Assembly: GCA_964576335.1 (NCBI GenBank)
Contig: CAZNVA010000002.1
Coordinates: 1-32,935 of the forward strand
DNA: 32,935 nucleotides
Reading direction: 5' to 3'
DNA from: an uncultured Thermotogae bacterium
GTDB lineage: Bacteria > Bipolaricaulota > Bipolaricaulia > M55B111
Of this stretch, positions 25,947-32,935 are shown piece by piece (the stretch's first letter is position 1; every line of letters starts with the position of its first letter). Under the pieces are notes generated by a model, which saw nothing but the letters and a program-made list of their open reading frames with translations, ran no database searches and was not told where the DNA came from. Position numbers and translations under genes: made by a program.

Positions 25947-27260
25947 ATCAACAGAAACAGGACCGTTCGACTACTAGACGCTGGATGGGGACTGGCTGAG
26001 CCACAGGGTCTCGAATCCGTGAAGGTAGAGGAAGAGAGCTTCGCGACGGGAAACTCTTTTTACGATTACGACGCGGTATTCCTCGACCCCGGAAAGATAA
26101 GCTCGCTCTGGACTGACCACTTACGACCCCGAGGAGACGGCTCTTTCAAAAGCAATCCCCGGGAAGACGGAGGGTTAACCAGGGGTCTAAAAAATTTGAT
26201 GCGGGCCCGCCGGGAAGAAATTAAGGAGCTGTTAAGCCATAACGGATCGGTTTTCTGCAAGCTAAGAAATCCGGGCAAGGCACTGACTGTTGTAAAGAAA
26301 GAAGAGAACGAAAGCATCGACAGTTATTCCTGGTTACCAATTAGCGAAGATCTGTATACAGCTCTGGCGGCGAGAATAAAAAACAGAAAAGGCGAGAGGC
26401 TGGAAATAAAGAGAAGAGAAACCCGGCTGGGCAGCTTTTTAGCTTCTTACAGGGAATTATTCTCCTATACTGCAACATTGAGCGGGAATCCTGAGCTGGA
26501 GCATTCCGCTCTGGAGCCGATTGCGGTAACTCCTTCCGGTGAAATCGCGAGTTTTGCCCTGAATACTAACGAGGGCAGTATATACTTCCTGCCCGCGGAG
26601 ATGGAGCTGGATCAATCCGCACTGGACGAATTCATCGAAGTAACAGCAGGTCTTTTCGGTTTTCAGTTCCACGGCGGGCCGTCATGGCTGGATGAGTACG
26701 TTCTGGATGAGGAAAAGGCGCTGCGGTCGGAGGTCGAGGAGATCGAGGCAGAGATGTCCGAACTCGGCCGAAAAAAGGAGGAAAAACGAGAGGAGTTAAA
26801 CACCGTTGCCGGTTTTAAGAGGTTGCTTGCCGCAAAATCGGAGTTCGAGCTGGAATCAATTTTGCGGGAAGTTCTTGCCGGACTTGGTTTTCGGACCGAA
26901 GACGCGAATTCAGGTATTGATCTTCTGGTTTCCTCGCCGGAAGGAGAAAGTTTTGCGCTGAAAGCGGGGGTAAATTGTGATGGTCCAATCGGGCTAGAGC
27001 CTTATCACGAGCTAGTCCGGGGAATCAACGACCTCAAGATTTACGAGAACGACGACCCGCAGGGAGTTCTTGTTGTTAACGGTTATTCCGGTAGTGACCC
27101 GGCCGAACGTCCGGACCAGGTAAAAGAAGAATTAGTGCACGGCTGTAATCTCTACGGTTTTACCCTGGTCACTTCAGCCGAACTCTTTGAAGCGATAAAA
27201 GGAGAGGAGGATCGAGAGGAAAAAGTGGCTGCGGTAAAAAAACTATTTGAGCAGGTTTAA
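25947..27260 (+). CDS. Hypothetical protein: N-terminal alpha/beta domain, coiled coil, C-terminal degenerate PD-(D/E)xK-like domain
   Basis: Long ORF (track start GTG 26019) that is open upstream to ATC 25947, behind AAGGGGG. The C-terminal pattern LE.....L..LGF...DLLV...G.LVVN...P..R resembles restriction-endonuclease folds. The start position is uncertain. Confidence 0.6.
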   Translation: MNRNRTVRLLDAGWGLAEPQGLESVKVEEESFATGNSFYDYDAVFLDPGKISSLWTDHLRPRGDGSFKSNPREDGGLTRGLKNLMRARREEIKELLSHNGSVFCKLRNPGKALTVVKKEENESIDSYSWLPISEDLYTALAARIKNRKGERLEIKRRETRLGSFLASYRELFSYTATLSGNPELEHSALEPIAVTPSGEIASFALNTNEGSIYFLPAEMELDQSALDEFIEVTAGLFGFQFHGGPSWLDEYVLDEEKALRSEVEEIEAEMSELGRKKEEKREELNTVAGFKRLLAAKSEFELESILREVLAGLGFRTEDANSGIDLLVSSPEGESFALKAGVNCDGPIGLEPYHELVRGINDLKIYENDDPQGVLVVNGYSGSDPAERPDQVKEELVHGCNLYGFTLVTSAELFEAIKGEEDREEKVAAVKKLFEQV

Positions 27261-27336
27261 ATCTGAACCACCGAACTGGAGATAAATTCGTCGTTCCTTC
27301 CTGAATTTTTTTCGAACGCTGCTGGAGGTGTGAACC

Positions 27337-28539
27337 TTGAAACATATCGAGGATTATCGCGACATCGTTGGCGATAAGGTAATATCTCAGATTTTTCAGG
27401 AAAGCAGGTGTCTTTATGGGAAAAAGGTGCTTCACGTAAATTCGAGCTACCAGGGTGGCGGCGTGGCGGAGATTCTCGACCACCTCGTTCCCCTGATGAG
27501 CGATCTCGGGATCGAAGTTGACTGGAGAATACTCCACGGAAGCCACGACTTTTTCAACGTTACGAAGAAATTTCACAACGCGCTCCAGGGCGAGGATATC
27601 AACTTTTCTCAGCTCAAGAAGTCAGTTTATACCAGAACCAACAGAAGGTTCTCCAGTTATTCCCACGTAGATCACGACGTAGTGATAATTCACGACCCTC
27701 AACCCCTCCCCCTGATCCGTTACTTCAAGAAGCGTCAACCCTGGATCTGGAGGGCTCACATCGACCTCTCCAGCCCGAACCAGGAGGTCTGGGATTACCT
27801 GAAACAGTTCATAATCCGTTACGACAGGGGCGTATTTTCCGCTCAGGACTTCATTTCCAGTGACGTCAATATTGATTCTGAAGTCATTCACCCCTCCATC
27901 GACCCTCTGACCGTTAAGAACAAGGAGATAGACCAGGATACCATCGATAAATACATGGATAAATACGATATCCCTGACGATAAGCCAATAATAAGCCAGA
28001 TATCGAGGTTCGATAAGTGGAAGGACCCCGAAGGAGTAATAGAGGTATTCGACAGGGTTAAAGAAGAGGTCGACTGCCGGCTCGTTTTACTGGGTTCCAT
28101 GGCTATAGATGACCCGGAAGGGCCGGGGATCTACGAAAACGTAATGGAAAAGGCTTCCGGCAGGGACGATATAATTGTCATAAATAAGGAAAGCGATATA
28201 CTCGTCAACGTAGTGCAGAGGGTTTCTTCGGTAATTTTACAGAAATCGCTGAAAGAGGGTTTTGGTTTGACCGTCACCGAAGCGCTATGGAAGGGTAGCC
28301 CGGTGGTTGCTTCCGACGTAGGCGGAATACCACTTCAGGTTGACGACGAGGAAACTGGTTTTCTCGTGAACCCCGAGGATTACGAAGCGGTAGCTGATAG
28401 AGTTGTGGAAATCCTCAAGAATCCTGAGTTGGGAGCAAAACTGGGTGGTAGTGCGCTCAGCCAGGTAAAGGAGCACTTCTTGATCACTCAACAGCTCTTG
28501 AGCTGGCTTAAAGTATTGAAGTCCACCATTAATTGCTGA
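27337..28539 (+). CDS. treT: GT4 glycosyltransferase, trehalose synthase TreT-like
   Basis: HVNS...GGGVAEIL, FFNVTKKFHNALQG, IHDPQP, WR.HID, PSIDPL, SRFD.WKDP and EGFGLTVTEALWK. Confidence 0.85.
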   Translation: MKHIEDYRDIVGDKVISQIFQESRCLYGKKVLHVNSSYQGGGVAEILDHLVPLMSDLGIEVDWRILHGSHDFFNVTKKFHNALQGEDINFSQLKKSVYTRTNRRFSSYSHVDHDVVIIHDPQPLPLIRYFKKRQPWIWRAHIDLSSPNQEVWDYLKQFIIRYDRGVFSAQDFISSDVNIDSEVIHPSIDPLTVKNKEIDQDTIDKYMDKYDIPDDKPIISQISRFDKWKDPEGVIEVFDRVKEEVDCRLVLLGSMAIDDPEGPGIYENVMEKASGRDDIIVINKESDILVNVVQRVSSVILQKSLKEGFGLTVTEALWKGSPVVASDVGGIPLQVDDEETGFLVNPEDYEAVADRVVEILKNPELGAKLGGSALSQVKEHFLITQQLLSWLKVLKSTINC

Positions 28540-28656
28540 CTTCTGGAAGTCTTGAGGCCGGGTAAAAACCCTCAAGCCCTGAACGTCGTTTTTATAAAGC
28601 AAGCTGGTTTTCCCCGGTCAAATCTCGGGGTATCCGGCAATTGTAGGTGAAGCCTT

Positions 28657-29562
28657 ATGGAACCTAAATCAAAAACTTTCCGAGTTGCAGTATTGCCCGT
28701 AATTGCAGTTGGTCTCCTGGCGGGAATTGGCTTCGCGGGGAACAAAATATGGAATAGAATCCAGCAAGACATATACAACCATCCCCGGGGAGAAGTCACT
28801 GGAAAGACGCCCCGGACTTACGAACTGGAGTACCAGGAGGTAAATTTCGATACCGGGAATGGTATACAGCTAAAAGGCTGGTACGTGCCCGGCAAAAAAG
28901 AGGCCGAATGTATTATTCTGGCTCCCGGTAAAGGTGGAAACCGCTGGAACGTATTGAATTACGCGCCTTTCCTGGTCGAAGCCGGGTTCAACGTTTTGCT
29001 GTTCGACCCCAGAAGCACGGGTCTGAGCGGCGGGAACAGGTACGGGTTTGGCTACTTTGAAAGCCAGGACCTGCAATACGCCGTAAGTTTTCTGGCAGAA
29101 GAGAAAAACGTCTCAGAATTTGCAGTACTTGGTCGTTCTGCCGGTGCTACCGCCGGTCTGCTCGCCGGACTGGAGGATTCGAGAATAGACGCCGTGGTCG
29201 CGGATAGCCCTTATGCCAACCTCCGTCTGGCCTCAAAGGATTTTGGGGACTATTCACAAAATCCCCTCTTGCAGACGTTCTTTCCGGTTTACATGTTTTC
29301 AGCGAAATTGGCTCTTGGGATAGATATTTACGAAAAAACAAACGCTCTCGAACGAATTAAAGAAATGGAGACGGCCGCGTACTTCATCCACGGTAAAGCG
29401 GACGAAGCCGTCGGACACCAGAACTCCGTCAAGTTATACGAGAGAAAGCCTTCGAAAAAACAACTCTGGTTGGTTTCGGAAACCGGTCACGTACAGGCTT
29501 ACAAAAACCATCCAGAGGAATACGTGCAAGAAGTGGTTGATTTTTTCAACTCAAATATTTAG
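28657..29562 (+). CDS. Membrane-anchored alpha/beta hydrolase
   Basis: N-terminal anchor, LKGWY.P, nucleophile elbow GRSAG, IHG..D..V and GH. Confidence 0.88.
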   Translation: MEPKSKTFRVAVLPVIAVGLLAGIGFAGNKIWNRIQQDIYNHPRGEVTGKTPRTYELEYQEVNFDTGNGIQLKGWYVPGKKEAECIILAPGKGGNRWNVLNYAPFLVEAGFNVLLFDPRSTGLSGGNRYGFGYFESQDLQYAVSFLAEEKNVSEFAVLGRSAGATAGLLAGLEDSRIDAVVADSPYANLRLASKDFGDYSQNPLLQTFFPVYMFSAKLALGIDIYEKTNALERIKEMETAAYFIHGKADEAVGHQNSVKLYERKPSKKQLWLVSETGHVQAYKNHPEEYVQEVVDFFNSNI

Positions 29563-29734
29563 CTAAAACTCAAGACTGCTAACGCTGGTAGATTGCGTTA
29601 AACTTTATTTCGTTTTTTGCCCCCCGGATATTTGGTTCAGGAAATCTTAGGGTTACCTTCGCCACCATAAAGTTTTGTCTATAGAAACTAAGATTGGGCT
29701 CCGAGGTCCTGCCTGGATGATGCAAACCACGCCT

Positions 29735-30283
29735 TCAGGAGCTCGGCAGGATTGAGCTCAAGCCGGATTGGACGAACGCCGAAATCACTCCAACGACTAT
29801 CGCCATAACTGCCATCTTGAGCCCCGATCTTATCATGCTTCGCCGCGAGAGTTTACCCATTACGACACCGACTAAGAGACCGAGCATTGCGGTCAAAGAG
29901 ACGGCGATATAAATTGAAAGGTCCGGCGAAAAAAAGAAATAAGGAACCACGGGTACAAGTGCACCGAATACGGTGGCGAGCCCGTCGGCCAGGCTCTGTT
30001 TGTGAACTTCGTGTTTGCCATTGTCGTAAAGCTCCGTGTCCTCTATGTCGCCCCGCAACATCGCGTCCTTGATATCGTTGAGTTCGACCATTAGCTCTGT
30101 TTCGTAGGCAGTAAAAGCAGCAAATATATTGGAAAAACTATTAGCTAATCCGCCGGATATTCCTGCCGCTATTATGACTTCTGGGGTTGCACCTTGGGCT
30201 CCGATGACCACCCCAAGAGTAGAAAGCGTTCCATCCATCATGCCCCTGGTTGCTGCTTCGAGTTCTAAGTCTTCTAATTCCAT
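29735..30283 (-). CDS. VIT1/CCC1-family Fe/Mn transporter (short, archaeal-like)
   Basis: G.MDG.L..LGV..G and GA.VP..PY; five-transmembrane layout with a Glu/Met-containing cytoplasmic segment. Confidence 0.82.
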   Translation of the reverse strand: MELEDLELEAATRGMMDGTLSTLGVVIGAQGATPEVIIAAGISGGLANSFSNIFAAFTAYETELMVELNDIKDAMLRGDIEDTELYDNGKHEVHKQSLADGLATVFGALVPVVPYFFFSPDLSIYIAVSLTAMLGLLVGVVMGKLSRRSMIRSGLKMAVMAIVVGVISAFVQSGLSSILPSS

Positions 30284-30522
30284 TTAATTTTTCACACCCC
30301 TATGGAATTTGGACAAAAACCAGTTGTTTCATACCCAGGGCAAGCCCTTGGGCATTCTCAGTTATTATTGGTAATAAAAGGTAGAGTTTTTGAGTTAAAT
30401 AACTACTTCTCTCCTCTTGCTCACTGGCACCTTTATCCAGAGCCTTATTTAGAAGGACTCAAAACCAAAAATTGATGAAGAAGTCACCTAGTTAGCGATC
30501 GAGAAGAAAGGTCCGTGTTATA

Positions 30523-30810
30523 TCAATCCTGTGGGGTGGTAAGTTCTTTTACTATTGCCTTGCCGCATAGGACCTTATCAACTGAATGAACACTTCCTCC
30601 GAGTTGATCAATTACCTCTTCAACTTTATCGTAGTCAAGGTTGTCCCCTTCGAGAGTTACTTTGATGTTTTCTACTTCGTGGTCAATTTCGACCATGGAC
30701 GAATTTACCCCGTCTACGCATTCCAGGTCTGCCAGATCGGAAGAGTATTTTATAACAGAAGGTTCGTGAGGCTTCATTATATCCAGCACCATTCTCCTTA
30801 TTTTAGCCAT
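30523..30810 (-). CDS. DUF211-family protein
   Basis: IRR.VLD..KPH.P, V.GVN....EID, K.T.EG..L and G..VHS.D.V..G. Confidence 0.88.
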   Translation of the reverse strand: MAKIRRMVLDIMKPHEPSVIKYSSDLADLECVDGVNSSMVEIDHEVENIKVTLEGDNLDYDKVEEVIDQLGGSVHSVDKVLCGKAIVKELTTPQD

Positions 30811-30947
30811 TTCTTACGATCACCTTTTGGTAAAGGATTATATGCCCTGAAATATTAATCCAATTAGCCGCCAAATCAAACCTAAATGGCAAAAAGTTTG
30901 GAATCCGGTCCGGAAAAATTAATTCCCTCTGGAATAGTTTAATCTGT

Positions 30948-30976
30948 TTGATAACGTAACACTGTTATGTTATACT
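30948..30976 (+). promoter_or_regulatory. Sigma70 promoter overlapped by a palindromic operator
   Basis: TTGATA-N17-TATACT. Inverted repeat ATAACGTAACA-C-TGTTATGTTAT at 30951-30973 (10 of 11 positions match). Confidence 0.75.
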
Positions 30977-30983
30977 GAGCCCA

Positions 30984-31661
30984 ATGATGACTGAAGACAT
31001 GATTTCCAAGAAGAATATTCTGGAACGGACCGGAATTTCTTACGGTCAGTTCTACCGCTGGAAGAGAAAAGGCCTGATACCTGATGATTGGATAGTACAC
31101 AGGTCGACACGAACGGGACAGGAGAGTTACCTGCCAAAAGCCAAGGTTCTGCAGCGCATAGAAAGAATCCAGTCTCTAAAGGATGATAACACTCTCAGTG
31201 AAATAGCGGACCTCCTTTCGCCAGAGATCGTTGAGAAAAAGTACGAAAGATCTTCACTGCAGGAACTGGATTGGCTCGATTCGGAATTGCTTTCTCTTTA
31301 CGAGGAAATTGTCGGGTCCCGGAAGCACTTTCGGTTCGTCGATATTTTAAGCATGGAATTGATCTCCCGGTTAAGGAAATCCGGGTTCGACAGTGACTCC
31401 ATATATCTCGCCATTCAGACTGTAAGTTCTCAACAGGGCGAAAGGTACTTTGATGAAGAATTAATTCTGGCGGAGCAAAGGCTGGAACCCGGAAACTCCC
31501 AGAAAAACCTTTCAAAATTTTGTTTGCTTGCCGGCGGTGAGGTAAAATTTGATAGAACGGTCGAGATCCTGGAGAAAATTGATCTCTCCGGAGTCGTCGA
31601 AAACATTAAGCTCAAATTGAGAGACCCAGGTCAACTTGAGAGGGATGTCAATGAAGTTTAA
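30984..31661 (+). CDS. yhbD: YhbD / DUF4004 family protein (MerR-like HTH)
   Basis: ISKK..LE.TGISYGQ.YRWKRK.LIP..W....S..TGQE...P..K.L.RI. Confidence 0.88.
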   Translation: MMTEDMISKKNILERTGISYGQFYRWKRKGLIPDDWIVHRSTRTGQESYLPKAKVLQRIERIQSLKDDNTLSEIADLLSPEIVEKKYERSSLQELDWLDSELLSLYEEIVGSRKHFRFVDILSMELISRLRKSGFDSDSIYLAIQTVSSQQGERYFDEELILAEQRLEPGNSQKNLSKFCLLAGGEVKFDRTVEILEKIDLSGVVENIKLKLRDPGQLERDVNEV

Positions 31662-31980
31662 CTTTAGCGGAGACTGGAAGTTTTTGTTGATAGCAGGAGG
31701 AGTGCTGTTAACTCTCTTCTTGCTGGCCGGGGCGCTGCTTAGTTCGATTTTTAGCCTCCTTGTCTGGTTATTTAAAGGTATTGGGGTCCTTCTTGGCTCG
31801 TTAGTTCGCTTTGCCTTTAGTTCCATATTTAACTTGATCATTGCAGGGGGAATTATCTACCTGCTGTACCGTGGATACGTTTACCTGAAAGAAAGAAAAC
31901 TGGATACTGGTAACGCGAATGGAGTAGATTATTCCGATGAAGACTTCGAACGACGGGAGGATAACCATGAGTGGCAGTGA
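31651..31980 (+). CDS. Small hydrophobic membrane protein
   Basis: Hydrophobic/amphipathic helices and an acidic tail; overlaps both neighbouring genes. Start could be 31645 or 31651. Confidence 0.7.
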   Translation: MKFNFSGDWKFLLIAGGVLLTLFLLAGALLSSIFSLLVWLFKGIGVLLGSLVRFAFSSIFNLIIAGGIIYLLYRGYVYLKERKLDTGNANGVDYSDEDFERREDNHEWQ

Positions 31981-32830
31981 GCACCGGGATGATGCAGGAA
32001 TAGCCGGATCCGGTAAGTTAGGAGGGGGCGAATACGGAGTTTTAAACATATCCGGTTCGGGCAGGGTGACCGGAGACGTGACGGCAAAAAACGTTTCCGT
32101 AGCCGGTTCGGGCAAATTTGACGGTTACCTGAAAGCCGAAAGGGTGGAAGTCACCGGGAAATGTGAAGTTGAGGAGAACCTGCACGCAGAGGAGCTAATT
32201 ATCCGGGGAAACCTTAAAGTAAAGGGGAGTTTACGTTCCGGTGTTCTGCGTTCATACGGTGCGCTGGATGTTACTCACGGGATAAAATCCGAAGAAGTTT
32301 ACTTTGCCGGTTCTTCCGAGGTGGATGGCGACGTCGAATGTGAAAGCTTTCAGTCCCGGGGTAGTTTCTCGATCAAGGGACTACTTTCCGCCGATACCGT
32401 AGATATCTGGCTTGGAAGCGAAAACAGTGCCCGAGAGATCGGCGGGGAGAAGATTGAAATCAGAAAAAAGGGAGTCTCAAAAGCAGTTGACGAGGAAAAG
32501 GTCAAAAGCGGCGTGAAAAGTGTCGAACGGGGGATGGAAAGACTCGGGGAAAGACTTGGCTTTGAGGTCTCCTTTGATGAAGAGAAGATCAGCAGCGGAG
32601 TAACGAAGTTAACGGAAAAGGTTGATAATTACATATCGGAACTGGGCAAAGGTTCTCTAAAATCCACTCTGATAGAAGGAGATATTCTTGAACTCGAAGG
32701 AGTTGAAGCCGAAACCGTAAGGGGAAACGACGTCTCGATCGGTGAGGATTGTTTGATTGATAAGGTAGAATTTTCCGATAAACTTGAAGTCAGCGAGGCG
32801 GCAGAAATCGGGGAAAGGGTAGAAATCTAG
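31967..32830 (+). CDS. Polymer-forming cytoskeletal protein (bactofilin-like beta-helix, YhbE/YhbF type)
   Basis: Repeating I.GSG / V.G beta-helix pattern, GLLSAD, EIGG..I.I, IEGD...LE and VRG..V.IG..C.I..VE. ATG 31967 follows SD GGGAGG. Confidence 0.88.
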   Translation: MSGSEHRDDAGIAGSGKLGGGEYGVLNISGSGRVTGDVTAKNVSVAGSGKFDGYLKAERVEVTGKCEVEENLHAEELIIRGNLKVKGSLRSGVLRSYGALDVTHGIKSEEVYFAGSSEVDGDVECESFQSRGSFSIKGLLSADTVDIWLGSENSAREIGGEKIEIRKKGVSKAVDEEKVKSGVKSVERGMERLGERLGFEVSFDEEKISSGVTKLTEKVDNYISELGKGSLKSTLIEGDILELEGVEAETVRGNDVSIGEDCLIDKVEFSDKLEVSEAAEIGERVEI

Positions 32831-32935
32831 CACGTATCAGAGCAGAATAATTGGAAATAGATCCCGGTTAAATTAAAAAGGGATAATAAATGGGTTTTTT
32901 ATTTGGTTCGATTTTTCAGCTTTTTTTGGCCGTTT

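Noticed and set aside
30315-30410. Hammerhead-ribozyme-like core on the minus strand (CTGAGA - hairpin - GAAAC)
   Set aside because: The core lacks N7, and I could not form stems I and III together with a correct NUH cleavage site in any topology.
1097-32115. Numerous short antisense or alternate-frame ORFs in the track (e.g. 1541-1999, 3211-3702, 5934-6350, 11235-11726, 27169-27576)
   Set aside because: They overlap well-supported genes, have no recognisable motifs, and show the composition expected of shadow ORFs.

Overview
Ordinary chromosomal window from a bacterium (MurE/MurF, sigma70-type promoters, Shine-Dalgarno sites). The proteins are very Glu/Asp-rich and Fe-S enzymes are common, which suggests an anaerobic halophile; Ca. 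Bipolaricaulota is plausible but is inference only. About 35 CDS and one tRNA-Ser(TGA) are supported. There is no CRISPR array, prophage or intact transposase. Left part: an 'Orange protein'-like metallocofactor neighbourhood. It comprises mrp/apbC, an Fe-S flavin oxidoreductase and two methyltransferases on the minus strand, and DUF5320, two NifB/NifX-family proteins, two ferredoxin-containing P-loop ATPases and an MBL hydrolase on the plus strand. The promoters of the two arms carry an identical 13-bp motif. Middle: housekeeping and envelope genes (DUF151, tlyA, coaE, murE, asp23-like, yjjX, a lone amino-acid ABC ATPase, a SpoIVB/S55-like peptidase, murF, yjbQ, nitroreductase, rpiA, nfeD-SPFH, DMT). 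Right: a degenerate nuclease-fold protein, a TreT-like glycosyltransferase, an alpha/beta hydrolase, an archaeal-type DUF211-VIT1 pair, and a yhbD-membrane protein-bactofilin operon with a palindromic operator and probably leaderless mRNA. The most interesting signals are the shared operator, two likely non-canonical starts (ATA, ATC), the yhbD operator, and a structured element at 15.4 kb that resembles an IS200/IS605 end. All family calls come from motif recognition, not database searches.
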